Of a DNA stretch of 64,000 bases, positions 38,905-50,770 are shown piece after piece. The DNA comes from the human T2T-CHM13v2.0 reference genome, Homo sapiens. The number at the start of each line of letters is the position of its first letter. The stretch's first letter is position 1. A model generated the notes under the pieces. The model saw only the letters and a list, made by a program, of their open reading frames with translations, was not told the origin of the DNA and did no database searches. Both the position numbers and the translations under genes were made by a program. The stretch is from the NCBI RefSeq assembly GCF_009914755.1, contig NC_060934.1, one strand, 5' to 3'.

Positions 38905-39125
38905 ATTAATACTAATGGCTAATAAATTTTGAGCAAATAGTCTATGCCAGGTATTGTACTAAACAATATTGCATGTTTGGGTTTAACTTCACTATTACAT
39001 ATTATACAAATAAGAAACTCTTCCTTGGGGTGGGTAGCTAAAATGTCCTATTCAACTCAGCTTGTAACGTGGAAAGGAGCTTGAGTAGGATCCACACATC
39101 CTTGAGCTTCTATGCCACATCTATT
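38905..39125 (-). mobile_element. MIR fragment
   Basis: ctaatggctaataaattttgagc..tatgccaggtattgtactaa..aataagaaact. Confidence 0.55.
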
Positions 39126-39439
39126 CTCCCCAAACTTTGGGTGCTCCTCCAATTCCTCAGGCAGCTCAGTAAGTTATTCAGAGTGATTCTGAATAACCAA
39201 GATAGTATTTTTTGCTTACATTATTTCTATTTAAAATATCATTTCAAATCAATAGTTGATAGAATAAACAATGTCTAAACATACTACCCTATCTGTATTC
39301 AAATATTTAAAAACTTTATCAGTTGAAAGAAAAAGATATTGTTCATAATGAGGCTCCAGCTGGTTAAGTCTATGTGTAATAAAAGGAAGTACAGAAAAAG
39401 AGTGGAAATTTTCATTTTTTTGGTAACATCTAATTTATC

Positions 39440-42400
39440 GATGAGTTTTTTTGTTATTTTGTGGTTTTGGTATATCTTTTAAATTTACTTGATCCAAGAT
39501 CAGAAAGATTTGCTCTATATGCTCTCTTCTAGGAGTTTTATAGTTTCAGCTCCTATATTTAGCTATGTGGTCCATTTCAAGTTCATTTGTGTATGTAGTG
39601 TGAGGTAGGGGTACACAGTCATTCTTTTGCATACAATGTTCAGTTCTCCCAACACCACTGGTTGGAAAGATTAACTTTAACCAGTGAATCGTCTTGGTAC
39701 CCTGGTCAAAAATTAATTGGCCTTCAATATAAGGATTCATTCATGGATTCTCAATTCTATTCATTGATCTTCTATATTTCTATCCTTAGCTAGTATAACA
39801 CTGTTGCAATTATTGTGTCTTTGTAGTAAGTTTTGATATAGAAAATTACAAGTCACCCAATTTTGTTCTTTTTCTTCAAGAATGTTTTGGCTGTTCAATG
39901 TTCCTTGCATTTCTATATACTTTTTAATATCAATTTGTCAATTTCTGCAAAATAGGTAACCAGAATTTTGATAGAGATTTTGTTCAATCTGCACATCAAT
40001 TTCAGTTCCATGTATTGTCTTTCTATTCATGTGCATGATATGCCATTTTGTTTACTTAGAAGTTTCTTACATTCTTTGAACAATGTTGTTGAGCTTTCAG
40101 TATACAAGCCTTATACTTCTTTCATTGAATTTATTTCTAAGTACTTTATTCTTCTAATGCTATTTTAAATGAAGTCATTTTCTTAATTGTATTTTTGTAT
40201 TATTCATTGCTAGTGTATAGAAATACCATTGATATTTGTATATTGATGTTTCTTGCTACATTGCTGAACTCTTTTATTAGTTCTAATGGTTTTTATGGGA
40301 TTCCTGAGAATCTTCATTGTACAAGTTCATGTCATATGCAAGGAGAGTTTTACTGCTATTTTTTCAATGTAGATGACTTTATTTAATTTCTTGCTTAATC
40401 TCCCTGCCTAGAACTTCCTACACAATGTTGAATTGAAATAGGGAGACTGGAAATCTTGTCTTTTTTAATTGTCTTAAGAAAAAAAATAATCCATCATTAT
40501 CTACTATGTGTGATGTAAGCTGTGGGTTTTTTGAACATATCCTTTATAAGGTTGAAATGTTTCCTTCTATTTCTAGTTTGCTGAATGTTTACATCATGAA
40601 TGAGTGGTGAATCATTCCAAATGATTTTTCTTCATGAATTGAGATAATCCTGCGATTTACTTCTTTACTGTAGCAGCATTGCCTAATGTATTTATTGATT
40701 TTTTTGTAATTCAAACCAACTTTTCACTCCTGAGGTATATCGTACTTGGTCATGGTATACAATCTTTTATAATTGTATGTTGTTGGATTCAGTTTGAGGA
40801 CTTTTGTATCTATTGATCCTAAGAGACATTGTTCTGCAGTATTACGTTCTCATGATGGCTGTAGCTGGGTTTTTGTCATAAAGTAATACTGGCATCAGAA
40901 AATAAGTTGAAAAGTCCTGTCAACTCTCCTATTATTTGGAAAAATTGAGAAGGAATAGTGTTAATTCTTTATTGTATGTTTGGTAGAATTTACCACAGAC
41001 CATTTGGAACTTAGATTTGTGTATGTGTAAAATGATTTTATTTACTAATTCCATCTTTTCACTTGTTATGATTTTTTCAGATTTTCTGTTTCTTCTTGAG
41101 CCAGTTTCAATAGTTTGGGTCTTTCTGGAAATTTGTTCTTCCTGAGAATATACCTAGCTTTTTGAAAGAGAGCTTTTCATAATATTCCCTTATATATTTT
41201 TTAAAATTTCTGTAATGTCTGTAGTGATGTTCCCTTTTCCATTCTTGGTTATGGAAATATGAGTCTTTTTTTCTTGTCAGTATAATTACATTTTGTCCGT
41301 TAAAAAAATCCTTCAAAATACCCTTTTGGTTTTGTTAACTTTTTTTTTTTTCCTATTTCCTATTTCATTTAGTCAGCTGTAATCACTATTATTTCCTTCT
41401 TTCTGCTTGCTTTTCATTTAGAATGCTCTTGTTTTCTAGTTTCTTAAGGTAACTAGATGAGCGTCTGGGTCCTTCTTTTCCCTGGAACGTACACAAACTT
41501 GCACATGCATACAACCTTCTACTTCCCAAATAATATGTGTCAGATGTTCATTAGGTTATTGGCATGAAATCTGTTTTTTTTTAATGTAGCTGTTTACAGC
41601 TCTACATTTTCATTTAAACACTGCTTTAGCTGCTTAACGTAGGTTTGCATATGTCATGCTTTTGTTTTTATGCACTTTGAAGTATTTCATAATTTATCTG
41701 GTGACTTCTATGATCTCTTGCTTATTTAGGAGTCTGTGGTTTATTTTTTACATAGTTGTGGGTTTTGCAAATTTCCTTCTGTAGTTTATGTCTGATTTTG
41801 TTTCTCTGTGATCAGCAAACATACTTTGTGTGATACTCATTCCTTTAAATTTATGAAGTCCTGTTTTATGACATATTGTATATTTATTCAGGAGAATGTT
41901 TCTTGTGTACTGCAAAAGAATGAAAATTCTGCCTTTCGTGGTAGAGTGTCATGGAAATGTCTCTTAGACAGAACTGGTTTTTAATGTTCAAATCTTCTAC
42001 ATTCTTATTAATTTTCTGCCCAGTTATTTTATTCATTATTGAGTTTTTAAGTCTCTATTATTGTTAAATTTTGTATTGGTTCCTAAAATTCTTTCCATTT
42101 TGTTTCATATATTTCGGAGTTCCTTTGTTAAGTAAATACTGTTCATAATTGTTATAATTTTCTGATGCATTGATCCTGAAAGATACATGATATCCTTCTT
42201 TATCACATCTAAAATTTTTGTCTTAAAATCCGTTTTGCCAAATATTAGGATTAACTGCCAGAGCTATCTTTTGGTTACAAGGTTTATTGTGTTATCACTT
42301 CCATCCTTTTATTTTTAACCTATTTCTCTCTTTGAATTTATACTGTATCTTTTATAGACTGTATATAGTTGGATTAAAATTTTACTCTTTTTTCCATTTT

Positions 42401-43570
42401 CTGCCATTTATTTGCATAATTAATTCATTCACATTTAATATAACTACTGACATGATAGAATTTGTATCTGCCATTGTCCTATTTTTTATTTTTCTTAGTG
42501 ACTTTGTTGTTGTTGCATTGTTCTTTTACTCCTTGATTACAGAATTCTTTTGTACTAAATATATATTTTCTAGTGTCCCTTTTTATTTCCTCATAGTTTC
42601 TTTTACTGTATTTCACCCAGGTTTCCAATCAGCATTTTAACTTAACACAGTCTAGTTCTGATTAACATTATATTAATTTCAATGGTTTTCAAAAACTGTT
42701 CTTTAATATACCTCTGTTCTCATCCTTTGCTTTTGTGTTCTTTTTGTCATCCAAATTACATATTTATACAATATATCTCCAACAACACTGTAGTATGATT
42801 ATTACTTTATGCAATTGTCTTTTAAACAGATAGAAGGCTTTGCTGAAAATTGGACTTTTTAAAGACTGTATTGTAACAACTCTTCATATTCCTCCCCAAA
42901 ATTTGTTTTATTGTTAGGAGTTTTGTTTGCCTTTTGATTTTGTGTTTCTTGTTGATGATTTTGTGTTTATTTACTTTTCTGAAATAATTTTGTAGCTTTT
43001 ATGTTCCCAAGAGTGTGCCATTAATGTTTCTGGCCAAATGTTTGTTTTTTTTAAGTTGTCCATTTTTATTTTTAAGTCTGGCTTCCTAGGGTTCACCTGG
43101 GTTAGTATAATTAAGTAGTCCTCCAAAGATTGATCAGAACATTTTCTTAAACATCTCCACTGTTTGTCTTCTACCTTTGGCCAAGAGGATCTGTGTGGCA
43201 AGGTATACCTCAAGCATCAGAAGGATTACAAGACAGACTTTGCTTTCATAACTGCTTGGCCAGAGCCTCACGGTGAGCCAGAGAAGAGTGCCTGAGTCCT
43301 TCTCCTCCCTAGGTCTTTCCTCGGCACATACACAAACTTGCACAAACACACAGCCTTCTAGTTCCCAAAGAATGTGCCTCAGATGTTCAAAGCTCTCTAT
43401 GCTCACATAGTTCTCCAAGAATTAAAAAAAATCCAGCCAAGTTCTGGATTGTCCCAACTGAAATCACAGCCTCATGCAGCTGCAATATGGTGAGCAGCTT
43501 GCCCCTGTATTGGTAACACTCTAGGATTAAGGTCTTTTTATTCACAGAACTTAGCTCTGAGTCTGATAAA
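39440..43570 (-). mobile_element. Old L1M: ~3 kb of ORF2, spacer and 5' region, with most of ORF1 missing
   Basis: Continuous ORF2 reverse-strand motifs (ttgtagtaagttttga, gtgtatagaaataccattga, ccttctatttctagtttgctga, tggtagaatttacca), then 5'-region sequence after ~42840. Confidence 0.88.
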
Positions 43571-44964
43571 ATAACCAGAAAGTACTAACAAATCTGAGTC
43601 TCTGCTGATTATGAATGTGAAATAAAGCAAACATCAAACAAATGGCAGACATCTTTTATTACAGCTCTTCTGTATTATGAGACTAATTCACATTCTCATA
43701 ATTTTTGTTGCTCTCTGTTTGCTCTGCTTTTATGAACTCTATATGTTTATCATATGTTTTATTATCTCTTGCGCTTGTTGCATACGATAGAAGATAATTG
43801 CTTTATAAAAAAAACACACAGGCTTGTAATTGATACAAAAATATCTGCTGACCTGGTAAAAGAAAGATAGGCAGAATTAGGACACAGATAGGCAAGCTGT
43901 TGCGGTCGTCTCACAGCTGCTTTTTCTTTTTTTTACTGTCAATCTCACCTACTTTTTCATTTTTCAAAACTTTCCTTATACTTTAAAGCATATTTTGATG
44001 GCTTTCGATTGTTATCTTTTACGTAATTCTTTCACAACAATTGTCTTTAAAATTTATATTATCACCAAATGCTTAAATGGAAGAAAGCCTTTTACTCCTG
44101 AAATGATGGTGAGTAACTTTGATTTTGCATAATTCACCAGCTATTGTGGTTGTAATATTGTAATGAATGTGAGGTTTACTAATGGCCAAACAGCTGAACA
44201 GCTTCATTATCTCACTTTCTAAGACTGCATTTTAGATGACTCAGGTTGTGTCACTTAGAGGCTGCTGTACCATGTGCTATTTGGAGGTGAAAGCTTGGGA
44301 ACAATTAAAAAGCAAAAGAATACCTTTTGGATCCTTTTGTTCTCCCGTTGTCTCCCATTCTAATTCAAAGCATACACATGGTCCTGTAATGAATGTCCTT
44401 ATTCTAAAATTGCTCTCATTAATTTTCCATCTCTCTGTTTCCCTTTGAATGACTCATTGTACTACAGGAAAATTTTTACTCATGGTGCCTGTCAAAGTCT
44501 GCTTACCAACCCTCCTCTCATAACTCAGATGTATGTATTACTTATACAGAAACAAGTAAACTTAGCCTCAATCAAAACTGCTGTCTTCTCAGGACACCAT
44601 ATTAACTTCTGTTCCCACATCTTGGGTGGTGCTTTTCCTCTATCCTGGAAATTAATCTTACCTATCAAAGAAAGAGTACTTAAAGTTCAAGTCAAGCCTC
44701 ACAGAGGAAGAGTCTATCATATTTTACCAAACACATCTGCCTCTTTATCTTAAATTTTTTAAAAAATATTTAATTTACCTATTCAGTAGGATTATTATTT
44801 CTAATTCTTAATTTGGAATTACCAAGTCATTTGTGAGTTGAAGCTATCTTAGATTTACACCAGTTCATTTTCTAGGTTGGTACTATTTAAAACTGCTCAT
44901 CACATTAAAAATATAACTCACATATGTTATATTAAATGAAATCATGATGCTCTATAACATTTTT

Positions 44965-47560
44965 GTTTCTTTAAATACAGTTTTATTTTAGAATAGTTGT
45001 TTTAGTTATGGAACTATTGTGAAGAGAAAGCATCCATGTAATCTACACCCATTTTCCCTTACTGGTAGAGTGTATTAGCATGACATATTTCCCGCAATTA
45101 ATGAACCAGTATCGATACAGCCTCATTAACTGAATTCTGCACATTATTCAGATTTTCTCAGATTTCTACATAATATCTCTTTTCTGTTCCATAATCCCAA
45201 GAATATCACATTCCATTTAATTGTCATGGCTCCTAGTCTCTGATTGGCTACAATGGTTTCTCAGTCTTTCCTTGTTTTGAAAGGCAATGATAATTATGAG
45301 CAGTTGTGGCTAGATTTTGCAGAATGTAGCTGATATTTTTCTCACAATCAGATTATGTGTGTTTTGTAGGGAGATGGCAGAGATAAGGCACTCCTCTTGT
45401 GACACCACCATGAAGTCACTGTTGATGTTGAACTTGATTACCTGGCAGAGGTCCTGTTTGTCAAGCTTTTCCCCTGCAGGGTTATTCATTTTTCCTCCTT
45501 TCAATACTGAGCTCTTTGGGAAGAAGCCACTGTCCACAGCCACAGGTAATTATACTTCACCTCCTTGACAGTGGGGTATCAAATAATATGTGGAATTCTT
45601 CTGCAAAGAAGATTTGTCTCTTCTCCATTTATTTACTTATTCTTCTTATTTATATGTGTGGATTTATATATATTAATTTTATATTTTGCATTAAAATTCA
45701 ATCATACTAATGCATATATTTTGTTGTTCAAGTTGTTCAAGCTTTGCCCATTGAGATATTCTTGGTTAACTCTTGTGACCCTTTGACACACCCCATCACT
45801 GTGTGTGTGTGTGTATGTGTGTGTGCATGTGTAGCACTTTTCTACTTTCTGATATTACCAGATGCTCTAGACTTGTCTTGTACATTTCCTACCCTGGTCC
45901 TAGAATCAGCCATTTTGCCAATAAGTTGTGTTATGCAGAATGGAATTAGAAACCATATTTTAAGACTTAGTGTGCTCATTGCTACTGGGAAATCATACTT
46001 CTAGATTCTCTTGGCAGGCAGAGAAAAAGAAGACGTGTGTAAATAGACTTATCTATAAATATTTCTGGATATAATCATTTGTATCTGTAGTAAGATAAAC
46101 ATGCATTTGTAGTAATGTCTCCAAGTCTAATCTGTTTCAACCTGGGTCACTCTAGCTTCCTCTCCTCGCTTATCTGTAATCTCCTCACTCTAATAGTGGG
46201 AAAAGTGGCCCCTGTCATCCACCATTCATTTATTTAATTGTTCAATTCCAGTGAACATGTAGAGTGGTTTCAGAATTTGTCAACTTGTTTCCTGTAGGTA
46301 AAAACTATCAATTAAAAGATCTTTTTTTTAATGTACAATTCCTTTAGCCTTTAGTCTTGCATCCCACTCATCTCCAAATCATTCAGCTCAACATTTCCAT
46401 GCGACCTTCCTTAGCAAGATGGTCTCCTTTGTTGATGATGCAGTTATATATTTTTGTCACATTCTGTTTTTTATCCTGAGATCTCTCAACCGCCTAAATA
46501 TCCATTTAAAAATGCATACTTAAGGTTTTCTCTTTGTGCTCTAAAGATCTGAGTTTTGACAAGTGCATTCTGTCATACCTCTACCGTTGCAGTATCAGAG
46601 AGCAGTTTGACCACCCTGAGAGTATCCTGCATGCTTTCCCTGTTCACTCATCATCCCACAGAAACCTGACGTCCAATGACCTTTTTACCATCCTTATGGT
46701 ATTATTTTCCAAAATGTCCTATCAAGGGGCTCAGAAAGAGATGGTGCTATTTCAGACTAGTGACTTTCACTCAGAAATTTGCATTAAAGAGTATTCATAT
46801 CTCTGTATAGCTTGACAGTTTATTTTTATTCCTGTGTAGTAGTTCCTCTTACACCACTACTTAATTATCCACTTCACAGTTTGTTTAATTATTATCCTAT
46901 TGAAGGACATCTTGTTTGACACTAGTTTTTGATGATTATAAATAATGATGCAATAAGTATTTGCGTGCAGGCTTTTGTGTAGACATACTTCTTCAAATCA
47001 GTTGGCTGAAACCTCGGAAGATGATTGGTGTTCATATGTTGCACCAATAGTAAAAGTAAGCTTTGTACAAATTTTCCAAAGTTTTCCAAACTGAATATAC
47101 CATTTTTTTCCTTCCACCAGAAATTAATGAGAATTTATGTTGCTCCAAATCCTCTCCAGCAATCGTATCGTCAGTCTTTGCAATTTAGGCATTCCAATAG
47201 GTGTGTGGTGAACTATAGCTGTTTAATTTGCATTTCCTAAATAACACATTATGTTGAACATCTTTTCATATGCTTATTTGCCACCTCTCTATCTTTCTAT
47301 CTTTGGTGAGGTGTTCAGATTTTTTGCTCATTTTTATATTAGAATTTTTTTAACTGTTGGGTTTTAAGTCTTTGTACATTTTACATTTTTACATACAATC
47401 TATCACATAAATGTTTTGCAAATATTTCATCCAACTCTAAAGCTTGTCTTATCATTCTCTTAACAATGCCTTCCACAGAGTATAAGTTTTCAATTTTAAT
47501 AGTGTACATTCAAATTTTTTAATAGGTCACTAATTTGGTATTTTATCTAAAAACTCATTC
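44965..47560 (-). mobile_element. L1MC (MC3/4-like) 3'UTR plus ORF2 end
   Basis: attaatgaaccagtatcgataca..attcagatttt..ctagaatcagccatttt..gttgaacatcttttcatatgcttatttgcca. Confidence 0.85.
45800..45832. repeat. (TG)n microsatellite within L1
   Basis: Read directly from the sequence. Confidence 0.85.
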
Positions 47561-47700
47561 TCATAGGATATAGGAATATAACATTTTTACATCTGTCCTT
47601 TCACCTTATCGAGAGAGATAGAACAGATCCAATTCTTCTTCTACGAACCAGCCTTAAGGTAGAAACAGTAAGACATCGTGGTTCCCGCCTCACTGTTTTA

Positions 47701-47758
47701 TTAGTTTGCTGCAAAAGTTAATCGTGGTTTTTGCCATTACTTTTAATAGCAAAAATCA
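47701..47758. mobile_element. MADE1, right arm truncated
   Basis: TA+TTAGTTTGCTGCAAAAGTTAATCGTGGTTTTTGCCATTACTTTTAATAGCAAAAATC. Confidence 0.88.
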
Positions 47759-47789
47759 ATCCTTTTTATCCTTATTTTTTTATGTATGA

Positions 47790-48266
47790 AATGAGTTTCC
47801 TGGCTCCCATAGATCCTACTGTTTCCTCCAACCCTCTTAACACTATCTAAAGTCCAGGTTCCATCTCCTAGTGAGAATCCTTTAAAGGAGACTGTGAAAC
47901 CCAAAAGGAGTGAATGTTGATGGGGGTCGGTCCTGACCCTTCCCAGTGAGGAAGTGACCACCCCTACTGTTAAGATCATGTTAAGATCATTGACTCCTCA
48001 ATGCTCTCCTGTGTTGTTCTCCAAGAATTTCTCTGAGCTGAGCTGTTTGCCCTGCTTATGCCCCCACCACAAAGGCAGCTGTATCCAATGGGTACCTTGT
48101 CCTGTGGTCTTGGGACAACTCGAGAGGTCCATGCCAGCCGACTTCATCACATTCAACTTGTTCTTTCACTTGGATCTGCTTTCCTCCCTCCTTTTCAGGT
48201 TTGTTCCTTAGAATACTCCCTGGCACATGTCCTCCAAGTAAATCACTGCTTCAGAGTCTGCTTCTT
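47790..48266 (+). mobile_element. LTR16-family ERVL LTR (Alu inserted at its 3' end)
   Basis: 3' end ggtttgttccttagaatactccc..aaatcactgcttcagagtctgcttc resembles LTR16. Left boundary uncertain. Confidence 0.5.
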
Positions 48267-48574
48267 TTTTTTTTTTTTTTTTTTTTTTTTTGAGATAGAG
48301 TCTCGCTCTGTCGCCCAGGCTGGAGTACAGTGGCATGATCTTGCCTCACAGCAACTTCCGCCTCCCAGGTTCCAGTGATTCTCATGCCTCGGCCTCCCGT
48401 GTAGCTGGGATTACAGGCACCTGCCCCCACGCCCAGCTAGGTTTTTGTATTTTTAGTAGACACGGGTTTTCATCATGTTGTCCAGGCAGGTCTTGAACTC
48501 CTGACCTCAAGTGATCTGGCCGCCTCGGCCTCCCAGAGTGCTGGGATTACGGGCATGAGCCACCATGCCCAGCC
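48267..48574 (-). mobile_element. AluS (Sx/Sz-like) with TSD
   Basis: TSD cagagtctgcttctt (48252) / cagagtctatttctt (48575). Confidence 0.97.
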
Positions 48575-49084
48575 CAGAGTCTATTTCTTATGACGCATCC
48601 ACACGACCATGAAAAGCACAAAAATACACCGAAGAGTGAACTGCCATCATGAACTGCTCCTGGCTGCACATACAATGTGCTTGTCACAAACACTACAGTT
48701 CTGCTCTCAATAAACTCACATTCTACTGAGAAGACTGCATAACCACACAAAAATGAGTACAGTTAGAATAAGAACAGAAAACCATGCAACATAGGGAGAA
48801 ATTACGATATAGTGGCTTAAAAGCAGACATTTTGGCCATTTAAGTTAATTCAACTTACTCTTATTTTAATTAGATTTAAACACATGTTGAAGTTTGTGCT
48901 TTAGTACAGAGATCAGTCATTGTCAGAACTCTCAAAGTTCTTAAATTACGTATATATAGATTTTATCTGATGAGAACAAAGTAATGCACTAGTAGGTAAC
49001 ACCATGGCTTTCTCAAATCTCGTCAATCTCACTTTTTTTTTCCATCAAAGGTTGAGGTATCAAATTCTGTGGGGATGCTGAGCT

Positions 49085-49497
49085 GTTCACACATAGATAA
49101 CCAGGCAGCATTCACCTTGAGTCCACCGGCCCCTACCCTGGGGCCTCTATCATGACCCTGAGGAGTGGTTCACCTGTGGGGATTATTTTATATTTAGACC
49201 TGAAATTCTGGCTCAGCCAAGGAGCTTTGACCAATGGGGGATGGGAGGCATTGGATAAATAGTTTACCCTTCTTTCATGCATGCACCATCCTGAGGCACC
49301 TGCCAGGTCATCTATGGAAGTGAGCACGTAGTCACACATAGCCCCTTAGGGGAGCATCCCTGTCCTAGCCCTCCCTCATTACCTGAGTCTCCTTCCTAGC
49401 CTGTTCCCCTTGCTCCCTGGATCTCATTCTTGAATGTGTTATTTGCACTGAGCTAGTGTCTCAGGTTTACGTTCGTCATGGGGAACTCGACTAAGCA
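49085..49497 (+). mobile_element. LTR16A/B-like ERVL LTR
   Basis: ccaatgggggatgggaggcattggataaat..tgctccctggatctc..tgtctcaggttt..ggggaactcgactaagca. Confidence 0.6.
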
Positions 49498-50589
49498 ACG
49501 TGTTACAAATTACAGGAATCAAGGAAGCTTCCTGAAAAGTCTTGGTCAAAAGGATATTTCACACATGGAGAGATGCATACATAATGCAACTTCCACTCAC
49601 CTCTTCATCCCTGGCTCCCTCACTGCCCCTGGGACTCTGTTATTCTGTTGGTGAAATAAAAAAAAGAAAAGGAAAAAATCTTGCTTGTTTTTTACCTTTT
49701 GTTTTGGTTTTGCTTTTTACCATCGAAGACCTGTTTTGTAAGGAGCATCAACCCCACATAATTCGTCTGTTGTAATCATATATTTATCACAGCAATGCTG
49801 CCTTTCCTCTTGACAACTTGTTTGTATTTCCTCTTTTTCCCCTCCTGCTGCTATTTTATTTTCTATAAAAGCAAGAGTGTTAGTGTTTTTATTTTTTTGA
49901 ATTTGTTTTTTTCTTATGAGGTTCTGTTTTTATTTTCTTTTCTCTGCTGGAGCAAGTAGATCATCTCTGTTCTGCTGGACTAATTCCAAGCTGCCATTCT
50001 CTCTACCTCCAGCAGGTACCTCCTGCTAAGCCAAGAGCTGAGAAATCAAATTTTCTCAGCCATTGATTAGACCCAATTAACTATGGAGATCAGTATCAGT
50101 TATGAAGATGGCTGAAATGAATGGAATAGGTTAGTTGTGGACCAGTCTTCCAGCACATATGACACAGATGAAATTGAAATAAAGTTTGATATTATTTGAG
50201 CTGGTTAAATGCTCTGAATGAGCAAAAGAAGTGTAAAGAGTTTCTATCCTTTTCTTGTCATAATACTATCATTTTATAACTACAGAATTCACACATGAGA
50301 GATTCAGAATTAAATGTTCTTATATGTGATGATTGGGTTAAAAGGAAATCATTACATACAAGAAATATCATGTTCAAATAAAAATTACAATTCAGAAAAA
50401 TCTTTGGAAAGACACTTGTATTAAGGGCTACCATTCATTGGGGAATATCCACGTTACAGGCAATGAATACATGGCAAGAGATATGGAGATGAGACATATG
50501 GATAGAAATATAGATGTAGATATAGATATGTCCTCATTTATATCTATTTTGCAAAACTTTTTCTTACCTAACATGTTCAAATACAGAAT

Positions 50590-50770
50590 ATGATTATTGT
50601 CCATTTTGCCATTGAGGAAATTGAAAAGACATAAGGAAGAGGAGTTGAGTAACACATTGAAATTCCTTGGCTTAACTCACAGCAGAACACACTGAAATTC
50701 CTCGGCTTAATTCACAGCAGACTCACATGTGAACCCAGGCTTATGACCTCAGCACCAATTCACTGTAGCT
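50590..50770 (-). mobile_element. MIR fragment containing a 35-bp tandem duplication (50651-50720)
   Basis: attattgtccattttgccattgaggaaattga; aacaca(t/c)tgaaattcc(t/c)ggcttaa(c/t)tcacagcag x2. Confidence 0.7.

Noticed and set aside
31182-46300. Similarity between 31.2-32.3 kb and 45.0-46.3 kb as a segmental duplication
   Set aside because: Explained by two independent, highly diverged L1MC 3'UTR insertions.
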